In this document: positions 51,184 through 64,000 of the stretch, piece by piece | How positions within the stretch are numbered: position 1 is the stretch's first letter | Layout: each line of letters opens with the position of its first letter | NCBI GenBank assembly: GCA_051047955.1 | Contig: JBPGPT010000023.1 | Coordinates: 62,001-126,000 of the forward strand | Length of the DNA: 64,000 bases | Source: Cystobasidiomycetes sp. EMM_F5 | Taxonomy: Eukaryota | Direction of reading: 5' to 3' | The notes under the pieces: generated by a model | Databases searched by the model: none | What the model was told of the DNA's origin: nothing | What the model saw: the letters and a program-made list of their open reading frames with translations, nothing else | Program-made: the position numbers and the translations under genes

Positions 51184-52221
51184 ATTAGTCGTTTCGTTGT
51201 TGCTTGTAAGAGCGTTTGTCGCATAGCTGTTATGCAAGCTTGCGCAAGCCTGGCTCGGATTTGCCTCGGGCTCAGTCAAGTCTGGAGAACGATCCAATTG
51301 CAGCAAGTCAGCTCATAAGAAGTGAGAAATCTATGGCTTTGTGCTCGTATGTGCTCTGAATTTGCAGGCGTTTGAGCTCCGCTGCGCGTCAATTCGGAGG
51401 CCTTTAGCCATAAATTCTGAATGAGATTCGAGCGCAGTACTTTCACTTTATGGTGGACAGTGATAAGTTGCACGAATCGCTGCTCCTGCTGGCTGCTGTA
51501 CCAGTTACCCGAGGTAGCAGTCTGGACTGGCCCACGAGCCAAACACGGATTGTCTGGCTGAAAGTGGGAGATGTTATGACAGGACGCTCCAACATTGCAT
51601 AGGCGCTACACGCTTTGTCCATTGCTGCTGCTGGACATTGCTGGGTTGTTTGCGGCGCGTATCGAAGGTGATTGAGCGCGTAAAGTGCTTGGAAACGCCT
51701 AGTTCGCGCTGCCTGCAAGTCTGACGCATATCCCACGGCTTTACTACGCTGTGCTTCTTGCTTGCTTCACCCTGCGCTCAGCCTGCTCGCCTCCCCGGGT
51801 TGCTCAAGGGGCTGCTCCGCGCTAAGCTGGACCGACAGCGGAGGTTGAGCCCCTCGAAATTCGGCTGATTTGCATTTCAACTCGTGACTTGCGCAAGATG
51901 GCGGGCCGCAAAGCAGAGAGGACAGGGACAAGTGTGGGAAATTGCGGCTTTGAGGAGTGCAGACGAGGAGAGGACGGCTGCACTTTGCGGGCACGAGGGG
52001 CCCAATTTGCGCGTCCCAAGCGGAGGCGGGTAAAGTGTCTATGCCACCACACTGGTTGCGGGCAGCAGTGAGCAGTTTATGCATAGATGGTGTGCAATTC
52101 TTCGCTGCGCTGCCTGCTCTTGCTTTCCTTTCCTCTTCTCATCCTGCATCTGCGAAAATAACAATTTCAGCAAAGTCACACATCCAGCAGCTCATACCCA
52201 CATTCTCCATCATCATCAAGC

Positions 52222-52767
52222 ATGTCTTCCGTCGCTCCAACCACTCCTATCGATATCGCGGCAACCAGAGTCGAAGACACCGTCCAGGCCGAGGGCACTC
52301 CGGACCTTGCTTATAGTCAATCGGGTCTCTCAGACGCGAGTTCCGACCTATCTTCCGAAGCCGATTCCGATGTCAAGCATCTGTATGAGCACAATGAGGA
52401 TGGTACCGTCATCATCAGACAAATCCAAGGCGAGCACACCCCAGAGCTTCCCGGTCAGGCTGGTCCAGGCACCCCCGAGGAGATCGAAAGACCACTCCGC
52501 TCAACCAAGAAATACACGAACTTGGCCAGATTCTTCCAGAGAGGAGGCAACGTTCCATACACTGCACGAGCGGATCGCATTACCGGCGAGAATAACGTCG
52601 ATATCGTCGAGGCAGAGGAAGAATCCGGCAATGAGTCTGACGACGAGTCTGATTCGGACTGGGAGTAAGATCTCGAGCCCTCGAGTAAGTCTTGAAAGCT
52701 GTGCTCCCTTGTCTGCTGTACACTGATGTGCATCTACAGGGTCTCTGTGGGACCAGTCGCGTCTTGA
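52222..52767 (+). CDS. Small acidic disordered protein, unknown function
   Basis: ORF with the C-ending codon bias of a highly expressed gene; intron 52664-52739; ends WEVSVGPVAS*. Confidence 0.75.
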
Positions 52768-53166
52768 ACATCTCGGCAAGCGCCTGTACTCCGATTCTTG
52801 GTGAGTAGTGCGCATCGATTTGCAGCAGAGCTCCATTTGACATTCCTGAGCAGCTGTACTGCCTCTGCCCTGGGTCTGTGCCGTCGAGACCGCTATAAGA
52901 CCTGCCACCCTGCTTAACCTATCCGTCAGAAACATTGTTGTTAGCATTAGTCCTTCGATGTCTTGACGTTGTATGAATTAGCTGGCACATTGTCATCAGC
53001 CATTTGCTCTGTCATGTCGCAAGAACCCCACAAATTGAAAGACATTCGCTACATTTATGGGGTTTTCATGCTGAACTCTACTGCTGACTACTTGCGAGAT
53101 GACGTAAATGCACTGCGTGGCGGTCCACCTTCCAGTAGGGAATGGATGACAATGCAAGGTGATCAT

Positions 53167-54534
53167 TCAGTGAAGACGACGCGTGTCCCATGGGAGATAG
53201 CCAGGAAAGACCGAAATTCCGTCCGAAGGGCAGTACTCCAGCAGATCACGAAGTTCAGGGTTGCTTGTAAAATACGGGTGTACTCTCATGAAAGGGTTTC
53301 GTGCTCGACGTTTCGCCAGCAAAACGCCATGACAGCCGTAGATGTCCTTTTGATAGGGAATAAGACCGTGTTCTCGCTCGCCGACGTACGACGACCCGTC
53401 TTCGTCCGAGTCGTCGATGCCTATGTATGTGAACGTCTCCAGAGGCCACCTGACAGCGTTTCGAAAGACGTCGGTGAAGCGAGAACGCTTCATGCCAAAG
53501 CCTACCACCGTTATCCGTGAAGGATACCTGCCGGTGAGTCTGCGAAGTACATTTGTCAGAGGGGCCAGTACATGGGTTGACGAGGAGGTGACATACTCCT
53601 TGAAGCGACATAAACTGAAAACGAGGTTCTGGTACGAATCCATGGCATACATTTCGGTCGTTGCGCGCATGAACATCGACTGACCCGCCTCCGGGGTGTC
53701 AGTATGACTGACGTCACCTTGAGACGATCGCTTAGGTATTTCAAACTGTCTGTACAGATCTAGGGCTCGAGCAACGCGAAAGTACGAGGTGGCTTCCGCT
53801 TCGGATGCTTGTATTCGGGTCTGCCCACCAGAAAAGACGAGCAAACTCTGTTGATCTCTGACTGCAAGTTCAACAGCTTTGATGATATGTCTGATAAAGG
53901 TCTTGACGCTGTTTTGTTGACCCTTCTGCAGTATCCATTGACTGGAATCATCTGCTTCTGAGCGTAAGCGACCTTGCCAGACGGAATGGCCGGGGACGAG
54001 TATCATATGATTGAGATCGTCGGGTATAGATGATGCTTTTCCTCCGCTGCCGCTGACCAGGCCAGTATTCTGTTGCGGTAGGGGCATTGTTGCGCGTATG
54101 CTGAAGGGAAGTCGGTCCCGCTCGCCTTTTAGCGGATGTTCGTGAAGATAGAACTTGACGTTGTACAAGAGACTGACTGAAAGAATGGTTAAAAGGAGGA
54201 GAACTGCTAGGTTTGTCGTTCTGGACCGAGCTGTGAGATTCTTTGGACGAAGAAAGCCTAGCGGCGAGCGAAGAAGAAGGTATGCCATCAATCCGCGCAG
54301 AGATCGCGGCCTCCCTCCCTCTGCCGCAAGAATGGCGTGAAGATCTTCCGCGCCTTCGGCATCAATACCTCCATAGCTTGCGCTCCTCTGCTTGCCTTTG
54401 GAGGAAGACCACGATCTGCCTGACGGATTCCGTTTCTTTGTGAGGGTCACTGAAGAGACTGCGTTTGTGGAAGTGGAAGCGTGGGGTTCTTTGTGCTGCT
54501 CAGCAGAGTACATTGGAAGACTTTGCGTGACCAT
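53167..54534 (-). CDS. DUF218/YdcF-like type II membrane protein
   Basis: One TM, then LVPGHSVW, FSGGQTR, DSYQNLVFS and YPSRITVV; in-frame intron 53540-53596. Confidence 0.82.
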   Translation of the reverse strand: MVTQSLPMYSAEQHKEPHASTSTNAVSSVTLTKKRNPSGRSWSSSKGKQRSASYGGIDAEGAEDLHAILAAEGGRPRSLRGLMAYLLLRSPLGFLRPKNLTARSRTTNLAVLLLLTILSVSLLYNVKFYLHEHPLKGERDRLPFSIRATMPLPQQNTGLVSGSGGKASSIPDDLNHMILVPGHSVWQGRLRSEADDSSQWILQKGQQNSVKTFIRHIIKAVELAVRDQQSLLVFSGGQTRIQASEAEATSYFRVARALDLYRQFEIPKRSSQGDVSHTDTPEAGQSMFMRATTEMYAMDSYQNLVFSLCRFKEYVTSSSTHVLAPLTNVLRRLTGRYPSRITVVGFGMKRSRFTDVFRNAVRWPLETFTYIGIDDSDEDGSSYVGEREHGLIPYQKDIYGCHGVLLAKRRARNPFMRVHPYFTSNPELRDLLEYCPSDGISVFPGYLPWDTRRLH

Positions 54535-54742
54535 TGTGTCGCCAGACTTGCACGAATAATGCAGGAACTAGGGACAGGTCGTCTGCGATGGCGGCTATGG
54601 CAACTGAAGGTAGCTCTTTGCAGGACCAGGCATGTCATTGCAGCATATAATGGGTCATGATTTGGTTGGCGCCAAAGTGGACAGTGCTTGCGATATTCCA
54701 GGTCATTGCAGCTCAGCCTCCCGCCAAAAGATACGCAAGACC

Positions 54743-55361
54743 ATGTACTGCCTCAAGGACTGCAAGTAGCGTACATGTAACGATTCACAAACCTATGGTC
54801 TGACTTGTGCTCTTGTTTGTTCCGTCACTCCCGGATATCGTCATTCTTGGCCTCCAAACAGTCCTAATACTCGTCTTTCTGCCATGGCCGACAGCGCCGC
54901 CGCTCTTCTCGTTCTTATTCCTCGTGGCCTTCTATTTGCAGCGTAGACCTTGGTGAGTTATTGGTCGGATTGCCCGACACAATCCCATCGACTGACCGAG
55001 TAATATATATCCCCTGTAACGCGCTGTCAGCGTGTACTGCTCAATCCTGCTCGTAGCGCTTTTTGCGTCTACGTGTCAGATAGACCTATCGTCCGCAGGA
55101 TCCGCTGGAGGCAGTCTCAGTCGATGCTGGTGTGATTTCAACAACGGTCATTTGCTATCGCCCAGACTCTTTCCAAACGCGACCTTTTTGAACGATACAT
55201 CTTCAATATCGCACAACACTTCTGCTGTCAATGCCACTGCGGTTCCGGAAAGATGGATCCCACAATTGACATCGGCCATTGGGATTTGGATGGCAAATCA
55301 GATTGAAACTGTCTCGACGGGATTCACGGAAAAGGCGCTCGGCTTTCGCATTGTGCCTTGA
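54743..55361 (+). CDS. BC10/BLCAP-family small membrane protein
   Basis: Exons 54743-54761, 54862-54952 and 55031-55361 (first intron GC-AG) give MYCLKDFLILVFLPWP...LQRRPCVYCSILLVALFASTC, matching the MYCL...RxPCxxC pattern. Confidence 0.78.
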
Positions 55362-56253
55362 CACCTGAGTCCCGTCAAATACAGAACGGGAAGTTTCGCT
55401 GCGCCGAAGACAAATGCGCCGGCCTGGCTCAACATTATACTGGAAAAGTACAGCCGTAAATTCCCGTCACAATCAATTGCAGCCTGAGGCCGCAAAGCAA
55501 TGTGGACATAAAACGATCAAGATGCACTCGAAGCTACATGATTGACCAGTCAAGCAGACTAGCCAGGCTTGCTGGTCGTAAATTTGATGGTCGCAGTTTA
55601 CAACAATCCCGATTTCGCGGAGACTCGCGACAGTCCTTATAATCCTAGTTCAACCTCCTACCACTAACCGAGAGCATGAGCCAAAAAGCTTGCAGGGGCT
55701 AGCAGAATAAGTGCAGAAGGGTTGTCCCGGGCATATCGAGAGGCGGATACTTCAGGCAGAAGTCGTACGCGAGAGAGCGTCTGGAAGGAAAGAAGGAGAA
55801 GCGAACATGTCTTTGCTGGATGTCGGGTTGCGGACCTTTGTCAGAATCATCTTGGCAAGTTTCTGGCTTTTGCGTAGACTTTTCTTCTCCAACCAAACGA
55901 GCGGAGTGCATATCCTGCCGTACATTATGCAATACAATACCTGCCTCACTCTGTATCGCCTTGCTCGGTGCCCAGTGCGACACTGCACCACCTTTGACCC
56001 CGGACGGTGCTGCCCTCTGATACCGTTGCAGCGTCGCTAGTAGATCATAGAGCTGTTGGACAATGAGGCAGCCATGACTTAGCGGGCCTTGTCCACGATG
56101 CACTGCTGACCCGACACAACGATGGGAATGCTGATGAGGCTGATGGACTGAGGCTGGCACGCTTATTACAGCGAGAGATCATCGTGCAATTGAAGAGGTC
56201 GCGGAATTCTTACAAGAGCGGTTTAGTGATACTATCGTACGCTTTGCACGTCG

Positions 56254-59200
56254 ATGCTGCCATCGCCGGGAATGCAGTCGTATTCGTCTTACAATGGCGT
56301 CTCTGGCGGTCTCCCTCGAGGACATTTTGGCTCCACAGGGCAATTTCCACATCAATCTGATACGCAACGCCGCTCCGACCATGGCCCCTCCGCGTCTCCG
56401 ATGGTCAGGATGTATTCGCAGCCGTATCGCGGGCCGTCCTCGTACTTGAACGCCCAGTCGCAGCATGTCCAACATTTTGTGCCGGACCCTTCGTATTCGC
56501 AGTCTGTATCACGCGGGCAGGCAGTAGTCCCACATCTCCAGCGAGGCTTCTCGGCTTCCCCAGTTGCGCATCAATCGCCTGGACTCGGCGGTTCAGGAGG
56601 TCGCGCATACACACCCAGAAGTAGCGGCGGAGCGGACAACAAGTGGACAGGCGGCTCCTACTCTCCTCGTCAGACAGAGCCTTATCGGAATCACAACACC
56701 TCGGTCGACTTTATGCAGCACTCGCCTGGCCGCGGATTGAATAGACCGGCTTTCAAACACAGCCAGAGCAGTCCAAGCATATCGATGAAACGACTCGCGC
56801 CTCCGCAGAGTAGCTTCAAACCTCTGCGGTCTCCAGGATTGTCCTCTCGGGGACCTAGCCCTGTGGGAAGCAGCTTTTCAGGCGCGGGCTCCTCAACGCC
56901 TACGCTCGATATGTATGGTATGCCGATTGCGAAACCGCGAGTGTGTAAAGTCCGTTTTCCGCGTGAAGTTGATGCAATTCTACCTGAAGAGATTCGTGAA
57001 ATAAGCTTGTGGTCGCGCCGGCCTTTAAGGACTGGTCCATCATGTACGCACCTTCCATTGGTCGATACTCGTACAAGAGAGCCTCATCCGGAAGACAAGG
57101 TCTGCAGAGAAGAGCTACCGGATACTATCGAGGTTGGAAGCTTCCTAAGAGCTTGGTGATGATCACTGACCGGACTGCTTGTTCTTCCGTCAACATTCAG
57201 ATCTATTTACCAAACGACTGGAAAGAACTGCAATTGCAGATCCTCGAGCAGCAATTGTTCAAGATTGGCATCACACGAGATTACATTAACGGAGTGAGTA
57301 TCGCGCTAGTCCAAAAGCCAGATCTCTTCCCTTTGCTCATTCCGCCGGTTTTGTACAGATGGACGCCGCATTAAACGCGTCGCTGGCAAATTCCTCGCTG
57401 CCTGTGGCGGCTACCCATCTCGCCGGTGGTGGTGTGCCACAGCAGGATGTCATAGCGCCCCACCAGCGTACCGCGTCACTCTTCGTACCGAATGGTCCTA
57501 TACTGGGCGCTCCCCGGGATCCGAGTCGCCATCCACTACATCCGCTTACCATTAGAGGGCCCCGCTTTGGCCATTCTTCAGCAATGTCGTATGGCGGACC
57601 TGCAACAACCGGATCCGCCATTTTTCAATCGTTGCCATCAAACGCCTTTCCGCTTGTGAACGGCAATCCTACTAGAATCACAGAGGTCGAAGAGGTCGAG
57701 GAAGTCGAACAAGAGGCGGAGCCTTTACTGGAAGTTGAGATAGAACAGGAAGAGATCTTGAAGCCTGCTAGGCTTCTCACACTAAAAGAGCTCAATGCTG
57801 GCTTTGGCATTACCTCCGACTCGGAAACGGAGTGTAAGCCGGCCTTCCCGCACACTGCACATCCTTTGTCGCGGAGCAAAGGCCCGAGCTGGGCTCATTT
57901 ACAAACAGAGCATACTACGACAACATCCCAGGATATTGATACTACGCACACTTCGGGAGCGAAGCTATGTAGCACACCACCTCCCCAAGCTAGCGGTTGT
58001 CAGTCCGTAATACTGTCCGCTGCGCGCCACCAAGCCAAACGCAGCATGTCTGCCCCGGATCTCTCGCTCGTGGGTGCGACCTGCAGAAGTTTACGTGCAT
58101 CTCCGCCTCGTCCAGTCTCGGAGCTGGGCTACACAGCTGAAGATAGTGACGTACCGGAAGATGTGGAATCGGATGCCAGCGGCGATTATTCGAATCCGTC
58201 TGATGTCGAGCGGGCCAAAGAGCGTAGAGATCTCTCATCATCACTTCACAACGCTTTGTCACCGGTAACGGTGATGAGGAAGTCGTCAACAGTGCGCCCT
58301 AGTAACATCGTTCCCGAAGAGCCAGAGGTGAACGACTTGTCTGACAATGAAGCCATCATTAGGCCTGCATTGATGAATACCCCGGCCAGTGGAGATCCAC
58401 TCCACCTGCAGCATAACACGCACCCATCTACAACATCTTCAGCAACAGTTCAGGCATCTGGACGACGTTTAAATGCTGCCGCACCAGAATTTGTTTTCGG
58501 TCAGATTGACCAGCAACTTCCACGTCTTCAGCTGGCTGGCGCCTCTCCTCCGCGTCAAAGAAAGGACCAATCCAAGCCTTCCATGAATCCTGCTGCTCCT
58601 GCCTTTGTATTTGGATATGCGCGCAAGCCACGCAGTACTGAAGATGGTTCCCACCGCCAAGCTGAAGCTCACTGGGAACACAAATCTCGAAGTAATCTTT
58701 CTGTGGATAATTCGATCCATACTGCTGGGCACAATATGGCGCTAACAATGTCTGCCAGTGACGCTAAGCAGGGAATCGTTTGGCTATCAGACACTTCCAA
58801 TGCTACTCCATCTGGCGGAACTGCATTCTTTGATACTGCTCATCCAAGCATGTCGACAACCGTGGCACCCGCAGTACAATCGGTCAGCAATGTGGCAGAT
58901 TTATTGTCGTTTAAGACGAGCTGGTCTCCATCGTTGCCATATGGCTCAGCCCGGGATAACGTGCCCCAGCTGCCGCCACTTGGAACGATTGGCCGGAATA
59001 CTAGGTTAAATTCCGCATTTTCTAGCTTATTTGGCGATGACGATGACGAAGCTACTCAAGATGCTTCTCTCATTGTACCGCATCGCGTGAAGCCAAGTCA
59101 TAAGCACAAGCCTTTGCCCGACTTCGACCTTCTGCCGCCTCCTGTCGGACTCGAGGGCGGCTCCACCATTACTCTCAACAGCTCCGATGGGAGAACGCTA

Positions 59201-61138
59201 GAGGTTGATGCCGCGATCTCTCCCGAATCTGGAGTCCGGGAGCGAGAGGCGTTGCCTCTACTGGAGCAACACGCCGAACCATACTCATCTATACAGGGCA
59301 AAGATATTAACTTTTCCGAGCAGGGGTCTCCACTCTCCTCGCCTTCATCCATCGGAAGCTCACGGTCCAGCCGATCTGACATATCGAGCGAGTTCCGCAT
59401 GCCGCCATCGAATGTATCAGCATCGCGGCAAACTTTTGAGGATGTTTTGGCGGCGAAAGTAGATAGACTGCGTAAAGAAATCTTGTCGCAGCTCACTGCG
59501 CAGATGTCAATCACCCAGGTCCAGGCAACGGCTTTGACCTCTATCCAATCACCTATCCAGGCTTCCCTTGCTCAAATCACTCTCCTTCTCGATCAGAAGC
59601 TGCCATCATTGAGCGTAGATGCACTTCCGGGTCAAATACAGTCACGAACAGCTAGGCTGCCTGATTCCCTCGACAAACAGCTGGAGACTCAAAGGTATTT
59701 GACCCTGAGAAGTGGAGATATGAGACTGACTCTTGTTATTAGCGCCCGCATTGAAGATGCTGTGCAGTCGATGCTTGCTGCAGCAGAAACGAGGATTGTC
59801 GAAAACGAACAGCGCTCCTCATCGAAATTCACTGCCGCTACATCTCTTGCCCTTTCTGACCTCGACGCCCGGTTCGAGAACATAGTCCACGACAACGCAC
59901 GCAAGATCTTCGATGATCACAGCAAGACTCTGCGCTCAATGCTAGAGGATACATTATCTTCGATTTCAGCAGAGCGCCGCGATACTCTGCAAAATGCCCG
60001 GTCATCGCAAGTTGAAATTATGAAAGAGGAGTGTCGCAATCTCTTGTCGACACTGCGTGAGGAGTATGATATACTACAGGAGCACAATGCAGCCACTACA
60101 CTCCGAGAGGTTCGCGAAGAGCTGGCGCAAACTATTGCGGAAAAGGCGGCTCAATTAGAGCATTTTACGAGAGCAGAACGCCGGTACGACGAGGACGTGC
60201 AGACCCTACGCGACAGCATTGCGGCAAAAGACAGAGAGCTGGCCGATGCTGTCTCTGCTTTGCAACAGCACAGAACGTCGATAGATGCGGAGCATCAAAT
60301 TCGTCAGCAAGATCTTTGCAAGCAGATTGAGGACTACAAAGCACTTTGCGGAGGTATGGAAGCCGAACTCAAAATATATAAATCGCAATCGAGAGATTGG
60401 CAGGCAGAAAAGCAAAGAATGGAGGCTCTTCCAGAAACGCATCATAGGCAAATGGCAGATGTTCAGGCGGCCCATTACGTTCAGATTCAAGAACTTCGGG
60501 AGGTCGACATTGCTAGTCGAGCCAAAGCAGAAATCAGCGAGAGGCGACTGAAGCAACAAGTAAGACTCGGCATCCTGGAGAAGACTTGAACTAACAGACT
60601 TTTGATGCAGGATGACATATTAGCGCAATTGTTGCGCGACAAGGAGGCATCGCAGGCACTGCAAGCAGAGTTGCAAGGAAAGCTGATCTTGCTTCATGAC
60701 GCTCACACGCTCTTGCGAGAGCAATCAGTCATTGGCCAGGAGAGGCTCGAGCGCCTCACAGCCGATCTCGCTAATGTACAGGCTCAGCTTAGGACTTCTG
60801 AAGATGTGCGATGTCGCGAAAGAGAAGCTTTCGAAAGTCAACTTGGCGAGTACAATCGCCAAGCAAGCAGTGCCGAGAGACACATGGCCAGTCTTGCGAC
60901 ACTATTGGGACAAACGCACAAGTTCAGCATGTGGGATCCTATTCAAAACCCTTGTACGTTTCAAGATGTCGTCTACGAATCCTACTGCGCCGCAGAGTCA
61001 GGCCCCTTAAAGATTCTGCCGCGTATCCAGCTCAGCCCCGACGTATCAGCAGACATGTCAGCGCCAGCATCTGCCAACGTTTCCACCGTATCATCGAAGC
61101 CTCTTCCGCAGATCGACGATTCCGGTTGGTTCGCATAG
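56254..61138 (+). CDS. Large disordered/coiled-coil protein with two PAM2-like motifs
   Basis: Four ORFs linked by introns; LNAAAPEFVFG and MNPAAPAFVFG; C-terminal heptad-rich region. Confidence 0.75.
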
Positions 61139-61480
61139 CAAAGATGATCAGAGCTCGAGCAATAATCGTTGTTATAATGTGTTGCTTTCTATCTTAAAGA
61201 ATCTCCGGAGGGAAGACCGCCTGCGAAGTCAATTCGGTTGAGTCAGTGCTGTTATACATGTGTGCTCTTCGCATATGGTGTTTCGGCTTGCGCAGACCGC
61301 AGATTAGCAAGTCGAAGGATGACGTGCTGGTGTCAAGCCTCGACGTGTAGTCCTGACCCCGGAATCACACTATACGTGTCATCCCTCACTTCGCAGCGGA
61401 AGGAGGGCTGGTTCGATGATATGTTTGTTCTTTGCATACGTTCTAGGTAGCACAAATATGGAAAGTCTCGCTGCGTCTCA

Positions 61481-63797
61481 TTATGCATCAGTCATCTCCG
61501 AATCTCGAACCTCTAATTCTCCTGTCGTCCGTGTTGGGACAGCTTGACCTTCACTGATCGGCCCTGCGACCTGTACGAATGTGACGCTGTTAGATGACGT
61601 CGATCAGTAGCAAAGGGGCATACTAACCTCCAATGCCTTTCCAGCGAAATACCGCACATCCGCGTCCTCATCGTCCTTGAGCTTGACAAGCCCCGGAATG
61701 AGTCGCTCTTTCACAATCGAAGCTCCTTCAGGCTTGCTCGCGAGCACCGTTGAGAGTACTTCGAATGCTTTCGCTACATTAAAGCGGATATTTGGAATTG
61801 GATCGCCAGCCAACGTTGTGATGGCATCGAGTACGGACGGCTGTTGAGGTGATGTAGGTGATGCAAGGGTAGGCTGGGAAGTGATGACATGTGTGTCCAT
61901 AGCTGGTGCCATTGTCTACGACAAAGAGCGATTAAGTAAAGTTGAACCAGCAATGCTCGCAAGATACTCACAGTAATGGCAAAGACGGTCGTGAGGCGGT
62001 GAAGATAGTTTTCGTCGTTCGCTTGAGCGATAACGTGTGGAAGGAGGGCAGACGCCGCCCACTCGGCCCCAAACACTTCTGTCAACTTGCGTAGATTGAC
62101 AGTCGCGGCCTCTCTGATGGAGAAGACAGGGTCGGCAAGCCAGCTCATGCAGAGATTGCCCAGCTTCTCATCGAAGAATGCCACACCGAGCTGTGTGGCG
62201 AGGAGGGGAATATATTCGATGATGGCCTGACGGACTCTCCACTGTTTGTCCTCCGCAAGGGTGATGACGGCCGGCAACAATGCTTGTGATAACCGTTCGA
62301 TGCCAATGACTGCATTTACTTGTTCGAGCTTGGAAATAATATTTAGTCTAACTTCGGGGAATTCATCCTTAAGCAGTTGCAGGAAGAGCGGTAAGAGGTG
62401 TTCGATTGTATTGTCCTTTCCGAGCTGCGGAGCCAGTCCGCTTATCTGCGCCCCAAGCGCAGCCCGTACATGTTGTGAAGAGTCAGAGGCCAAGTCGCGC
62501 ACGCATGGCATGAGACGAGCTAGGATTGTTTCAGCATTGATCAGCTTGGCGAAACCTGTATTAAGAAAACATAATGTTAGGCTTGCCACAAAGTATTCAG
62601 TCAAGTTTACGTACCTGGAATTTGGCCAGCAGCAGCGGTTCGAACTTCTGCTTCCTGATCCTTGAGCAAATGGACGTAGGCGTTCACGAGCTCCTCTTTG
62701 ACTATCTCCTCGCCCGCGGCCTCGGACAGCTGGTACCGCCACCTGTCAGACTATGCGTAAGTAACATGTAACAAGAAAACATACCTTGACGAAATTATCT
62801 GCAACCATATAGCGGACCCTCCACGACTTGTCTTGTACCATACTCTTCATTGTCGAACCGAGGTACATTTTGCATTCGCCAGAGTCCATCGCGCTGGCAA
62901 TGGCGATAAGAGAATCTACAGTCAACAGACGCACAGAATCTTGGTCGTCTGATGAAAGCTTCCGGAACACTGGCACTAGATCGCGTATCAGGGTCTCTTT
63001 GCCGAGTTGTCGAGACAAGCCGCCCATTTCCTTTGCGGCCGACCGACGGACCATAGGCGTATCATCCTGGCATAGAGCCGAAAACATCTTTACCATCTCC
63101 TCGCGCAAGGTAGTCACATTCGCCTCAGTCAGACTAGATGTAGGGGCAGTTGCAGAGAGAGCGGAAGTTGAGGGGTCACCGGAGGACACGGCCGAGTCGG
63201 ATGCCTGCGATGTGTTTATACGCCGGTATACGGATGCGTAGAGCGCCGTCGCCGAGCTTCGTGATGTAAACCACTCGCCCGTGCTAAGTCGACGTAGTAG
63301 CGGGAGGTACGCTTCAACAATCTGCGAAGGCGTGAGGACGGCGGCAACCTTGTTGATCGATTCAGCGGCCTGGGTGTACCAACAGTGCCCAATCAGCGAC
63401 ATTCCGTAATCTAGCCTCATAATGATGAAGGTACCTTTTCCCGTACGAGCGTTTCTTCGACCGCTGCAAGGTTCTCCAGCGGCCCTAGCAGCAGATGGGC
63501 ATGCGTTGGACCACCAATGTACTCTGCAAAGTTGCCCAATTCTTCCGCGAGCGCCAGCAGGACCTCGTCCTCGTCGTCGAGACTATCTTGGAGGAACGGC
63601 ACCAGTTCATCGCGCGACCTTTCAGGACCCAAGGCCAGGGCTATCGTGCTCAGCCTCCGTATTGCATTGAGGCGCAGCACCACGTCCTCGCTCTTGAGCT
63701 CGTCAATCAGGATAGCGAGCGGGTGCAGCGAGTTTGGGTCTGGCTGTTGACCGACGCCGCCTTCGTGCATGCCCTGCGAAGTCCCGGCCTGCTGCAT
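61481..63797 (-). CDS. TPD3: Protein phosphatase 2A scaffold (A) subunit
   Basis: [40 protein letters not shown] repeats DKSWRVRY and DKQWRVR, and [12 protein letters not shown]. Confidence 0.97.
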
Positions 63798-64000
63798 CGT
63801 TTGGCAGAGTGTTGCTTGACTGCTGCGATGGATGTTGTCCGCTGCTGATGTATCGTGCTGCAGTAAATTATCGTCAAGTTTCGTATAGGTTTGTGGTCAA
63901 AAGGGGACCTGAGGTGAGAGGAGCCAGATGACGGGTTGGCTCAAGTCGGAATAATTGGCAAAGCTGATGTTGGATTTGGCGCTGACACGGCTAACGCTGA

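Noticed and set aside
53540..53596. Apparent insertion in the DUF218-like protein (similarly 59695-59742 and 38911-38964)
   Set aside because: Stop-free 3n introns with GT, branch site and AG signals.
55400..56250. Short overlapping ORFs upstream of the PAM2 protein
   Set aside because: No consistent model; probably a 5' UTR with possible uORFs.
1..64000. CRISPR arrays, tRNA/rRNA genes, transposons
   Set aside because: No spaced repeat arrays, cloverleaf structures, transposase/RT motifs or terminal repeats recognised by eye; tRNAscan-SE and RepeatMasker would be the definitive check.

Overview
Gene-dense, intron-rich fungal DNA, most consistent with a compact basidiomycete (yeast-like) genome. 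It has short GT-AG introns (mostly about 45-70 nt), some GC-AG introns and micro-exons. I can support about 36 protein-coding genes, mostly housekeeping: an FSH1-type hydrolase, F-box proteins, a TTL-family ligase, PCM1, a DBF2-type kinase, a HAD hydrolase, a PHD protein, a sirtuin, an OSBP/Osh protein, an NAD(H) kinase, a PPX1-like enzyme, CMC2, GET2-like, PAC2, HPP, NmrA-like, a J-domain protein, EF1-beta, DUF218-like, BC10/BLCAP and the PP2A A subunit. The best finds are missing from the ORF track. The first is a 4-exon, 76-aa secreted precursor (44339-44763, minus strand) carrying two copies of a cationic peptide, [AG][RK]PKPQWIKGGG, between basic cleavage sites. The second is a U18/snR18-type box C/D snoRNA in EF1-beta intron 1 with a long structured insert. 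Also notable are a signal-peptide-bearing exopolyphosphatase head-to-head with the NAD(H) kinase, a tandem pair of IFI6/IFI27-like proteins and an intronless methyltransferase. I recognised no tRNA, rRNA, CRISPR array or transposon. All gene models were spliced by eye and product names come from motif recognition, not database searches.
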